Assembly (NCBI GenBank): GCA_017499595.2
Contig: CM039004.1
Span: 806,001 to 870,000 of the forward strand
Source of the DNA: Psilocybe cubensis
Taxonomy: Eukaryota
DNA: 64,000 nt
Direction: 5' to 3'
Numbering within the stretch: the stretch's first letter is position 1; each line of letters starts with the position of its first letter. Of this stretch, positions 37,625-52,900 are shown in pieces. The position numbers and the translations under genes were made by a program. The notes under the pieces were generated by a model. That model worked only from the letters and a program-made list of their open reading frames with translations, ran no database searches and was not told the origin of the DNA.

Positions 37625-40600
37625 AGACCACGACCACGATCGCGACCAAGACCGCCCCAACCACAACCACAGCCAACAAGATAAAGAGGACCCCTCCAAC
37701 TCCCAATCCCAATTCCCCTCCCAAACCCAAACCCAAACCCAAACCCAAACCCAAACCCACCCCCAAACCCCCTCCAACCACACCAACAAACGCAAATCCG
37801 ACACCAGCTTCGACATCAACGGCGAGCTGCGGTACGACGCCAACGGCAACCCCGACAACTCGCATGAGAGCCGGAAACGGATGAGTCCTGGGCCTGTGCG
37901 CGGGCGTGGGGATGGGCGTGGGCGTGGAGGTGGGGATTGGGGAGGTGGGGATGGTGCTGCGACGTGGGCTTCGTTTGGTGCGTCTGCGTTGGAGGCGCAG
38001 GCACAGTCGCAGTCGCAGGCGGAGCCATCGTTTGGGTCGTCTGCGTCTCCGTTCAAAGCCCCGGCACAAGCAGAGCCAACGATCATATGGGATCTAACAG
38101 CACCTACATCCAACGCCAACGCCTACGGAGCCTCGCCTTGGGCTGACGATCCTGCTCCTTCTCCTGCTCCCGCTCCTGGTTCTGCTTCTGGTCACGGTCA
38201 CGGTCACGGTCACAGCCACGCTCACACCCATAGTGCAACAGCCTCGCCTTGGGCTGACGATCCTTCTCCTGCTCCTGCTCCTGTTCCTACTCCTGGTCCT
38301 GGTCCTGGTCCTGATCCTGGTCCAGCTGACTCAGCCGATATCCCAATGCCCTCTCCATGGGCATCATCCCCAGCCCGTCCTCACAACCGCGCAGAAGAAG
38401 ACGCGAGGGCATGGGGCAGCGGCGGCGGTGCTGATTCATCTAGATCTCGTAATCGCGCAGAAGAAGACGAAAAGGCATGGGGTGGTGGTGGTGGTGGTGT
38501 AGCCGACAGCCAGTGGGCGTCGATCCTAGGCGTAGGCGACTCGACGGCAAACTCATGGAGCGGGTCTGTAGCGGGATCGCCATTCAAATCCGACCGTGGC
38601 GGCGGTAGAGGTAGAGGTAGAGGTAGAGGCGGTAGCATCCACGGCGCTAACAGCAGCATCTACGGTGGCGACCGTGACCACGGCGGTAGCACCATCCGCG
38701 ACCACGGCAGCATCCGTGGCAGCGACCGTGGCGGCGACCGTGGCGGAGGACGTGGCCGCGGCCGCGGGCGCTACAGAGACCCGCACGACACCTACATCCC
38801 CCCTGCCCCATTCGGCAGCGGCGAGCGGCGAAAGCCAGGCGAAGGGCTTGCGCGTGCTGCCAAGTTTGCCGTTGAGTGGGCGCCTAGGAAGAGGAGGGGC
38901 GGCGATGGGGGCGGGAGCGGGGGCGGCAACAAGAACAAGGATAAGGAGAAGGAGGTTGGCGGGTGGGACGGCAACGCCGAAAAACGGCGCAAGGAGATGG
39001 AAGAACGCAAGGCGCAAACCCAGGACGTAGATATGAGCGCTATAAACGACTGGGCCAACCCCTACCCCAACCCCAACCCCAACCAGGGTAAAACCCTCAC
39101 TGGCATCAACGACTGGGCAAACGACGGCATCGACGACGCAAGTGAATGGGCCGACACTGGGGCCGAGGCCGAGTCGGAATCTGGGGCTCATATACGCAAT
39201 TGGGCGAATGCGGTGGTGGATGATGGCAGCGAGTGGGCGGAGCATGATAGGCCACCTTTTGCTTCTGCTCCTCCTTCTGCTGTCGACGAGGAAGAGGAGG
39301 TGGAGGATGTGGATGTGGAGGATGTGAATATGGAAGAAGGCGTCGAAGATCCGCCTGCGTCTGTGGACGACGGATCTGCGTCTGCTTCTGTTTCTGCCTC
39401 CGCTGAAGCTGGGGCTGGAGCTGAGTTCAACGAAGAAGAAGGGGGCGGGGGAGATGATACTGTTGAGGCGGACACAACAGCGCACATGGACGTGGACATG
39501 GACTGGGCCTCCGCGCCTGCACCCGCGCCTACAAAAACCTCTTACGCTTTGCCCGCTTCTTCTTCTTCATTTGCACATATCACCAACACCAAGACGAAGA
39601 AGGACAGAGCAGCCGAGGCAGAGGCAGAATGGGGTCTTCCTCCTCCCGTACCCGACAAAGCCAAATCAAAGAAAGAGGAGAAGAACAAAGCTGTCGAGTA
39701 CGACTGGGCAGGCAACCTAATCGACGTTGACGAGTACATGAAAGAATGGGGCGCCCCTTCTCCTCCTCCTGCTTTTGCGCCGACTATGAAGGAAAAAGGA
39801 GGAGAGAGGAAGGAAAAAGAAAAACAAGTCAAGCTAGACTGGGCAGGAAACCCAATCGGCGGCGATCCAGATGCCGATATGGCGGTGTGGGGTGGTGGTG
39901 GTGGGGTTGAGAGGAAGGACAAGTACAAGCAACAGGAAAAGGAAAAGGACAAGGAAAAGGAAAAAGAAAAAGAAGTCAAGCTAGACTGGGCAGGAAACCC
40001 CATCGGCGGCGATCCAGATGCTGATATGGCGGTGTGGGGTGGTGGGGCAAAGCAAAAGCAAAAAGAGAGAGAAAAAGAAAAAGAGGTCGAGCTAGACTGG
40101 GCAGGAAACCCAATCGGCGGCGATCCAGATGCCGATATGGCTGTTTGGGGTGGTGGTGGTGGAGGGGGGGATGAGTTCGCGTCTTCTTCTTCTTATTCTA
40201 AGACGAACGAGAAGGCGGACAGGAAGGAGTTTAAGAAACCGGACTTCAAGAGGAAGGAGAGTAGGTGGGGTGAGGGTAGGAGTGAAAGCAGGAGGAACGA
40301 GAGCAGGGGTGAGGGTAGGTGGGGTGAGAGTAGGAGTGAAAGTAGGAACGAGAGTAGGAAGGGTGAGAGTAGGTGGGGTGAGAGTAGGAGAGACGATAGT
40401 AGCAGGAGGGATGATAGCAGGAGCAGGAACTACGACACCAGAAGCTACGACAACAAACGGAACGACAGCAGGAACTACGAAAGCAAACGGAACAGCAGCG
40501 GCAAAAACTACGATGGCGATGGCAGGAGCAACCGCGACGATAGCAGGAGCAGGAGCAACGCCTTCAGCAAGAAGGAGAAGAGGGATAAGGGGAGTAAGGG

Positions 40601-43117
40601 GAGTAAGAAATATGAAGGAGGCAAAAGTGACTTTGACTGGGTAGCCAGCCTCAACCTCAACTTCAATCACAATCACAACCATAACGTCAACCACAACGAG
40701 CCCAAGTCTGATAGAGCACCCGTCGAGCTCGATTGGGCTGGTAATCCCATTACCGTCGATCCAGCGGAATGGGGTCTCACTCCAGAAGACGTCGCACCTC
40801 TACCTTCCCCATTCCCTTCGTCAACCAAAGCGAACAAGAAACGCAAGGACGTTCCACCGGACTCGGATTGGGCTGGCAGTTCAGCACATGGCGAGAAGGC
40901 AGAGGCAGAGGCAGAGACGGAGGCAGAGGCGGAGGCGGGCAATGAAGTCGAGTTGGACTGGGCGGGAAATCCTATTGTGCGCGATATCGCTGCTGAGATG
41001 GCCGCGTGGGGGTTGAGCGCTGCTGATTTCGCCGCCCCCTCCTCCTCTACCTCCACCTCCGACGTTGGGAGGGGTGCGGGTGTGTGGAATGTGAATTTGG
41101 ATGTGACGACGGCGGGGGCGGGGGCGGGGGCGGGAAAGTCAGTCAAAGAGGAAGAGCTGATCTGCCCGACGCATAATATTGCGTGTAGGAAGGGGATATG
41201 TAGGGATATGGCGGAGCTTGTGAGGGTTAATCGGAAGCGCCGCGAGCGCGAGATGCGGGAGAGGGGTAGGGAGGGGGGTAGAGAGGGGGGTAGGGAGGGG
41301 GGTAGGGATAGAGAGGGTAGAGAGGGTAGAGAGGGTAGAGACAGGGACAGGGATAGGGACAGGGATAGGGATAGGCAGAAGGATAAGGATAGGAGGGGAG
41401 GAACTTCACGGAGTAAGTTTTTCGAATGATGTGAATGGTATAGTATAGGATGCGTTTCTGACGATTGATGATAGCGCCTTTGCCTTCTCCGTCTAAAAGA
41501 CAACAACAACCATATCGAGCGCCTGAGACTGAGAAGGAAAAGGAGATGGAGATGGAGGTCGAGCTGGACTGGGCGGGTAATCCTGTCAAGGGCGATCCGA
41601 CGGAGTGGGGTCTTACACCTGAGGAAGTCGCGCTTGCACCCACCGCCTCTTCATCCAAACTCAAACAGCCAAAACAGACAGAAGTCGAATTGGACTGGGC
41701 GGGGAATCCTATCAAGGGCGATCCGACGGAGTGGGGGCTTACACCTGAAGAAGTTGCGCCTGCACCCATCGCATCTTCATCCAAACCCAAACCCAAACCC
41801 AAACCCACCAGACAGCCAGAAGTCGAATTGGACTGGGCGGGCAATCCTGTCAAGGGCGATCCTACGGAGTGGGGGCTTACACCTGAGGAAGTGGCGCCTG
41901 CACCCGTCGCATCCTCGTCGAAACCCAAACCCAAACCCAAACCCACCAGACAGCCAGAAGTCGAATTGGACTGGGCGGGCAATCCGGTCAAGGGCGATCC
42001 TACGGAGTGGGGGTTAACGGAGGAGGATGTCGCGCCTTTGCCTTCTACGAAAGGAAAACAAAAGGAGAAGGAGGTCGAGTTGGACTGGGCGGGTAATCCT
42101 GTCAATGATGATCCGTCTGTGTGGGGGTTAACGGAGGAGGATGTAGCGCCTTTGCCTTCTAACAAAGGGAAAGGGAAAGGGAAGCAGAAAACCGTTGAAC
42201 TTGATTGGGCGGGCAATCCTGTCAATGATGATCCGTCTGTGTGGGGTTTGACGGAGGAGGATGTAGCGCCTTTGCCTTCTAATAAAGGGAAAGGCAAGCA
42301 GAAAACCGTTGAACTTGATTGGGCGGGCAATCCTGTCAATGATGATCCGTCGGTGTGGGGTCTCACGGAGGATGATTTGCAAGGAGAAGAAGAAAAAGAG
42401 CCAGAGCTAGATTGGGCAGGCAATCCCACCACCACGACATCCTGGGCATCAATAGCAGGCGCAGGCGCATACAAGTCCCCTGTAGATAATATCACGAGAG
42501 TGGAAGATCTCGTTTGCCCGGTGCATGGGAGGGCGTGTAAGAGGGATGGGTGTCCGGATATGGCGAATTTGACGTGGGAGTTTAATTGGAGGGAGAGGCA
42601 GCGGGTGAAGGCGGCGCAGAGGGAGAGGGAGAGGGAGAGGGAGAGGGAGATGGCGGCGAGGGGTGGTGAGTTTATTTATTTATTTTTGTTTTTTGTTTTT
42701 TTTCTTTTGGACTGTTTGGTTTGGGTGGTTGCTGATGTGTACATGTTTGCTTTGGTTTTGTTTTGTGTAGGATCGCAAGGTCTATGGGGCACTCCAGAAG
42801 CTCCCGCTCCCGCTGCGAAAAGGCGTAGACGAAGGAGTAGGAAAACGGAGCCGAAGCATATTATGAAGCCTATGCTTATGGGCACGATGAGAGGGTTCCA
42901 CACGGACGATTTGAAGAGGGCGAAGGCGGAGAAGGAGGCTAGGAAGTTGATGGAGGAGGCTGAACTTGCTGAGGGTGAGGCTGAAGGTGGAAGTGGAGGT
43001 GAAGCTGAGGGTGAAGATGGAGGTGGAGGTGTTGATAAGAGTCGACTTGAAGATGTTGCGGAGGACGATCGTGAAGGTGCGGATGCGGAAGATGATCGGA
43101 TGGCTGTGGAAGTGTAG
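33842..43117 (+). CDS. Very large, mostly disordered repeat protein: folded N-terminal domain, RD tract, RG segments, 14 DWAGN repeats, two CxxH-x3-C-x4-C modules
   Basis: Exon 1 (MVKRPKS..HYKPK) splices to ARGMILLEV..; the 1714-aa and 550-aa ORFs join in frame via intron 41413-41474; some internal exon boundaries uncertain. Confidence 0.7.
35081..35170 (+). repeat. 21-bp minisatellite x4 (GCTACAGCTAAATTTTCTATG), coding ATAKFSM
   Basis: Directly visible tandem units. Confidence 0.9.
37030..37650 (+). repeat. Hexamer microsatellite tract encoding (RD)n/(DH)n
   Basis: GACCGC/GATAGG/GACCAC iterations. Confidence 0.9.
41555..42430 (+). repeat. Coding tandem array, 8 units (mostly ~110-130 bp) of VELDWAGNPV..DP..WGLT
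   Basis: Units visible at both DNA and protein level. Confidence 0.95.
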
Positions 43118-43428
43118 AAGGTATTGTTGTGAGTCTTCATATACCCTATGAAATGGCCGCGACATTGGCACGGCGTATGTTGCTGTTATCTTGTATTATT
43201 TTATGTTGCTATATCCCCGGAAGCGCCTCTTCTCTGTCTGCCTCATTCTGGAAATGAGCTCCGAGGCGAGGTTGCGCTAGATTTGTAGTACTATGCTTCC
43301 ATCCGCTATCATCACGCTATCATGAAGATATATGCTGTATCTACTATTTAGAATGTTTACGAAAATGCTATGAGGTTCATCATACTATACATCTGTATGC
43401 TTTATTTTATATAAACCCAGAACTTATA

Positions 43429-43518
43429 ACGCGACGCCGCTGAACACCTACACGCGACGCGTTTTGATAACTATCATGTGACCGATAACAAAGAACGATC
43501 ACATGATACACGCGACGC
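43429..43518 (+). promoter_or_regulatory. Cluster of MCB-like elements (3x ACGCGACGC, including one ACGCGT)
   Basis: At 43429, 43452 and 43510, 100-190 nt upstream of the ADIP-like gene. Confidence 0.5.
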
Positions 43519-43618
43519 CAAACACGAACGAACATGCAGACGATCTCAAGTTGACTCCTCCTCAAAGAGACCAAACTCCTCCCTCTTCTCCCTTCTCAGC
43601 CGTCCCTCTCTTTCGGCT

Positions 43619-46600
43619 ATGACAGAGACCCCCAAGAAATTTGTACACTGGCAGTTCGCCTCCCCCTCTCTGTCGAACCTGAATTCGCCTTTCTTCAACA
43701 CAACCAATACCAGTGCTTCGTCCGTAGACTCAACATCCAGTCTAGAATTCATAAACTCGCAGCTCGTCGCTCATGGATATGTACCCTCCCCCGGACTGTC
43801 GCTGGAGGGGATATCGAATGAGAGCTGCGATAGGGTTGTTAAGTGTTTGTTGGCGCTGCTCAGTCAACGTATGGTGCGTCTTCGTCCTTGGGTCTTGGGT
43901 CTTGGGCCACTGGTATACTGGGCTATTTTTTGTTGGGTTGGCTAATGGTTTATGCCTGTGTAGGAGGATATGTCGCGCACGGAAGAGCTGACTGCGAAAG
44001 TGCGTACGGTCACGTACGATTACGAGCGGATGGTATCTATGCATCGCAAAGCGAAGGAAGAGAGTGCGAACGCCGAGAGAGAGATGAACATGCACAAATC
44101 GCGGTTAACGTACGTCCACATCCATTCCAGCCCACCCACCGACTCTGAAAAGCTGAAAAACAAACAAATATGACTGGTTTCTTTTTCTTTGCTTGCTTTT
44201 TTGCTTGCTTGCTTGCTTTCGTAGTGCAACACTCAAAACTCTACAATCAACCGAAACAGCACACAAGCAAACTTCCGCGGAACTGCAGCGTACACGGACG
44301 GTGCTGCAGGGCGTACGCGCGACGCACGTTGCAGAGTTGAAGAAGAAGGAAAAGGAGGTCGAGAGGATCCTCGACAAGTGGCAGAAGATCTCCGACGCCC
44401 AGGCAAAGCTCACCGCTGCGCCAAGTGGGATTGTGCGGTGTTTGAACGCTGCTGTTGTCGAAGGAAGTGAGGTTTTTGGGAAAGGACAGGGATACCTTGA
44501 GATAGCATTGGAGCAAGCTGAACAGGCTCGATCGAGTCTCAGCGACGACAACTTGTTTTTGAGAAAGGTTCTTGTGAGGGCGGTCAATGAGCTGCAGTCC
44601 ATCATCCACCACGCAAGATGTCTAATTGCAGGAGATCACCACAACCTAGAAGAAGTACGTTCGTTCTCCTCCTTGCTCCTATCGTATATTTGGCTTTTGA
44701 TTGACCGTATTGGACAGCCTACCCCTCTCACTATGACCGCAGTCTTTCCTGTTGCTCCCCCCCACGCCGTTAACGACCGCCTCAACGCGATCTTCAAACA
44801 GCTACGCGAGAGTATCTCTTCAATCGCTGAAATATCGACCAAAGCTCCTGAAATCACCGCTCAGATTCCCGTGGGCGAAGTAGAGCGCCTTCAGGGAATT
44901 ATCACTGCGCTCAAAGATGAACTAGGTTCGTCTCATTTCACTCATTACATCTTATATATCAAAAAATCAAAAAATTCGACTCATTTGATATTTCCTTCCA
45001 TGATATTTCCTTCCACCTTCCCAGCTCTCACCAAAAAACACTCAACAGCCCAACCATCCGCCACACAAGCGATGTTCGATAAATTCGCCCAGGACCACCG
45101 GGTCGTCAGTGGTGAGATAGGGGAGATGAGCATAGAACTGATGTCCGCGCCTCTGCAAGATGAGGCGAAGGAAAGACTCGATGCGCTGAGGAAGGAGCTG
45201 GATGAGGAGAGGAGGAGGTTTACGGATGCGGCTGTTAAGTTTGGGAAGGAGAAGGCTGCGCTTGAGGTACGGATTGACCACGCTTCTATTTCTATGCTCG
45301 TTCTGACTGTTGGATTGTTGACCCATTCAATTTACATTTTTTTTGCTTTTTTAGGCTGAGAGGTTCAAATTCCACGAAGAAAAACGCTCCTGGCAAGTCG
45401 CACAGATGCTCGCAGAACTACCACCCACCCCCCTCCCCACCCACCCCACCCACTCTCCCTCTCCCACCAACCATCCCACCAAAACAAAGGCTCCGACCTG
45501 CTTCTCACCCAAAAAATCGCCGGCCCACAAAGCGGCGTCGTTCAAGTCGCCTAGAAAATCGCCGGCGAGAAAGGTGCCGGTTGGCAAGGCAGGTAGTGGG
45601 CGCAAAGCGCATCGGGTGTCTCGAAGGCCTTCAGCGTCGCCCAATGCAGTTGCGGGCGCGGTTAGATATGAGACGGAGTATATGCCGCCTCTCCCTGCGC
45701 TGTCGCTGCCGCCGATGGGCCCCATAGCGCCCCCGCTAACGAGCTCGCTTCTCCCTACGTCATTCGTGCTCCCTCCTCCGTCTCCTCGCGCATCTTTACC
45801 TACCAATCCCGCTCTGCCTCTCCCCACCACCACCGCCTCCTCCTCTGCCAACTCGCCGCCAGAAAGTACAACACCCGACAGCGACCACTCGTCCTCATTA
45901 CCACCTCAACACCGAAGCACAACCCCGCCCGGAAGCGACGACTCCAATAACTCCTCCTCACCACCACCACCACCCCCGCTACCCCAATCCTCCTCCTCCT
46001 CGTCGAATCTACAAATCCCAGCAACACCGCACCACCCCTTCCCCGTCGCCAAACCCTTCGCACTACGCATGATCCACGCATACTCACCCGCCAAACCGAG
46101 CCCGCTAAGTCGGATTCTTATGCTTGGCGATTCGCCGCTTACACCTGCACCTGCACACGCACCTGCTATGAGCTTGGATGAGTTGGCTTCGCCCACAGCC
46201 GGTTCGGGGTTAGGTTCGGGTTCGGGTTCGGGTTCGGGTTCTGCACCTCTCGACACTGTAGCTGAAGCTGAAGCTGAAGGAGCGGAAGATCATGGATATA
46301 GACATGGAAATAACGTGCTCTTCCCACCTCCACCTTCGACGACGCACGAGAAGCAGGAAAAGCAGATATCATTAGCCGCAGAACTAGGCGTCGAATCTCC
46401 ACCCGACACACCGCTTCAAGAGCGCAACGTGCCTGAGCCCCCTGCTCTAGCACCTGTACAAACGAGGGAAAGGGTTTTCTTCCCATTCCCTGATCCGAAT
46501 GGGAATGGGAATGGGAATGGGAATGGGAAGAGGGGCGGGTACACCGGTGCTGAGAAGGGGAAATCTAAGGCGAAAGCCAACGCAAAAGCTAACGCTAAGG

Positions 46601-47037
46601 CTAAAGCTGACGCTGATCATCCTCCCGCTGGATCGCGTGGCACTCGCAGTTCAGCTGTAGGCGAGAAAGAGAACGCTAATTCACGACGAGAGAAAGCTAG
46701 CTCGGCCCCAGGAAGCGGAGGAGGCGGAGGTGTTGGCGTTGGAGGAGGAGGGGCGAAATCAGGGAAAATATCTCCTCTACCACCACCACCACCACCGCCC
46801 GGTACCACCTCAACAGCTCGGAAAGTCTCGCCTACAGGCGGGCCAACGGTGAAAACGTCCATCAAGGCGGTGGTCAAAGCCTCAACGACGACGACGACGA
46901 CAGCATCGTCTGTCACTATGAATCGACCCAAGATAACGACTAAACCGCCTGGACCTCCAACTGCTGGAACAGGTCCAAGACGCGTGCCCATTAACAGCGC
47001 GGACGCTCCTCCGATTGGAAAAGGCTGGAAAGGGTAG
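43619..47037 (+). CDS. Afadin/alpha-actinin-binding (ADIP/Msd1-like) coiled-coil protein with Pro/Ser-rich tail (spliced)
   Basis: SSLEFINSQLVAHGY..GLSL..VVKCLLALL.QR, long coiled coil with ELKKKEKEVERI, RRFTDAAVKFGKEKAALEAER; many SP/TP sites. Confidence 0.75.
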
Positions 47038-47259
47038 TTTTCTTTTTTTTCGTTTCTCAATGATTTTTACATTACCCTTGGTCGGTTTTCTCTTCTCGCG
47101 TTCGTTTTTTTTTTTTTATCTTTGGAAATTGCCCACAACTACCTTTTCTTTCCTTTCATTGTCATGTTTTGTTGTTCACGATTACATTATTTCCTCTTGT
47201 AAAATATAACCGTTTTCCATCTCTTCCTTTCTGTACTTATATATTCTACTCTGTTGTTC

Positions 47260-49900
<2,641 letters not shown>

Positions 49901-52900
49901 GTCAGTCGGTAAATATCTATATCTTCACGCGTATGGATATCGTCAACCAGTCGTGCCCGCGATGTGAAAAGAAAAGGCTGTCTAGAGCTAGAGAAACGTT
50001 TGCAGGTCGATGGGAGAAGTTTCTGGGTCTTCCACACTAGACACCTCTGATTCTTTATATCATGCACGGCTTTCCGTCCGATAGTCATCAAGAACACCGC
50101 ACACTCTGGCAGATACCCATTAAGATAACACTTTCCGCCTTGGAAGTTGATACCCTGCGCGATATCACGTCGATATATAAGCCCCAGTCCTTTCACAGAA
50201 AGTAATTAACCAGGATCACGCACATTTACCCAACTGATCGACCAAACGCGGGAGAGTGTCGCCCACGGCATCCATTTAGCCGGTCTTCGAAAATGTAAAG
50301 AATGCCATGTATAGGCAGGCAAAACGTGAGACTGTCAAGGGAAATGCATTGTGTATGGAACCGCGAGTAAGCGCATGGGAATATTATGAGATAGCTCTTT
50401 TGCTTCTAAATGGTGATGGCGGCCCTCGTGGCTTGGGAATATGTAACATGGCCAAACTTGGGAAAATGTCGCTCACGCTGTTCCAGCCTGCTTTGAAAGT
50501 GGGTTTGATTGAAGAGTTAACCTTTGAATTAAGGTTTGAACTTCCTAAGGCATTTTCCAGGCTGCAGTCGTAGAAGTCCGATGAACACCATGAGAAGAGT
50601 GTACTCCATGATACCGATGCAACAAAAAACTCACATATTCAATAATCCAACGTATCAAAACTATCTTGAACATCCAGAGTGTGCATAAAACAGGAACGGG
50701 AGACGCTATAATGAAGAGGTTATTTTTACGAAAATTATAATGCGATGAAAACCAACACCTAAAACTCACGGATGACGTATTTCTGAACCAATCACTGGCA
50801 AGGTATTTCCTAAATCCTCCCCATCATTCTATCTGGTGCTGGCGATCGGTAGATAGCAAATAGGATATGTGCGAGAGAAACACCTAATAAGTCAGCGACA
50901 AACACGCATATATTAACAAAATTCGCGATCTAATCACCTCATAGAATAATATCGGGAGAAACCCCTGTGAACTATCCCAACGTTGGCGTTATAAGACCGC
51001 TTGGGAAAGAGATTTGGCGTGGAAGCGCCTATATTGGTTAAAGTCGAGGAAGATGCACCTGTATCGCATTCGACGGCACCGCAGATTGCTTGAGTTTCGA
51101 GGCCTTCATAGGACTCATACGTGACAGAAACGTGTCCATCTACCTCTGGAGGGAGTCTGGAATCACTCGCGGAATAGCCAAGCACTCGCGAGTCGCGCAC
51201 CATATTGTCTCGGACACGTGTATGGCGATATACAGGCGACATACCGTCCCGCCTCAGCCTCCGCTTCCTTGGTTAGCCTCAGTTAGTGCTTCGTTTCTCG
51301 CTGATCTTCGACGTCTTATTTTTCATGTTCCCGGGGGAGTTATGTGTGTAATATTTGAGTTGTTTTGGACATTTTTTGCTCCTTCGTCTGTAGCTTCAAC
51401 CTTCATGGTCACTTCTTGTCACCTGCATCAGGGCTGGAGGGCAGAAAATATACTAGTACTGTGCGACTAGGCTACCGCAGGCGGGCCAGTGATCTGTTTG
51501 AATCCATATTCGATGACTGTTTGCCGTTTGGTGAGAGAGCACGCAAGAGGTTCTTGGAGATCCGTTGGAATCCTGGTATCCCATTGGTATCCTTCCTCGT
51601 TGTCATAATAGTTCGAAGGATCGTTTGGCTTTGACGCGTGAGTCGCGACAAGGTTCCGTTTTAGTACAAACAGTGATCGCGGAAGTGATCGTTGATCGCC
51701 CCAATTGGTATATGTAACCCCTATACCCCACACAAGCTCACAACTACTGCAACCAAATACTGGATGTTCCGAGATTGCTCGTCCAACGACATGGCGAGTT
51801 TCTAAATCTCGGCCCAAGATAAGCAGCAGTTTGCTTACCTGGTTAAATCAACCTCAACTCAATGAGCTCAATACAATTAAAATTTCAAGAGAAAGATGAA
51901 GGCATTCCATTCGAAATGCTGGGCGGTAACGAACTCTCGTGGTCAAAGAGCCGTTGTTTATTATTTGCGTATTGAGGTCATCTTTGAGGTCATCCATAAG
52001 TGTGGTTAGGTGTGGAGAGAAATATGTTCAAGTCCCATATTTCAATACACCTTGAACGTCGCCTTTTGCGACTTGAACATGCAGGTCGAAAAGACAATAC
52101 CCGAATCAAGGGGCACAAATATGAAGGGCAAAATACCATCGTCTTTATCCTGCCTTCAGCCTTCTTGATACTTAGCCTAAAAGTTTGGTTTGAAGTTGGT
52201 TTGAACAAGGTTTGAATGATCAGTCATTTGGCCATGATAGCCGACTGTGATTTCAAGGTCCGATGATGACCCGAAATCACGCTTGAGCCTCTTAGTAAGC
52301 CTTCCTTGACCCTTTTTCTCCCTTCATGTTTCCAGTCTTCACTAGGATCCATATGAAAGTTACCGCTCTGCGGTGATTCCGAATTTAAGAGGCCCATAGG
52401 CTTCTTGAAAGAGCACACTGCATTTGTCGACAAACCTGATTCGAACCTACGAACGACATTTACCTGACGTTCAACATGGTCACCATCTACTATGGCCCAT
52501 CTGGCCCATCGTCAACTCTAATCTTTTTCGCAGCATGACATCGTATTTATAACATTTATGCTATAGGTCGACCCAGAAACTTGGACAAACCTCATGGATG
52601 TCTTCTACCTCAGATCAAAAGATTAGACCAACATGTTGATTTTGGTTGATTCTGGTGGAACCTCAAATCGCGTATACCGATGAAAATTTTTCGAATTGAT
52701 AATCGTAAGTAAAATAAATCCACATCATCAAATTTATTTTAGATAGCCAGGACCTATTGGCTTACAATCATTTGCAATTTCTTCAATTCCAACTCTTGGA
52801 GACTCCAGGATTTACTACGATCAGACCAAACCCTACCAAAACCCTGGGAACGTTGGTGCGTATACAATCGTTTAAGCATTCTCAGCTCTTCTTCGATCTT

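Noticed and set aside
41555-42430. Regularly spaced repeats resembling a CRISPR array or a KEX2-processed peptide precursor
   Set aside because: In-frame coding repeats with synonymous variation, spacers related to each other, no cas genes, no signal peptide or regular KR sites
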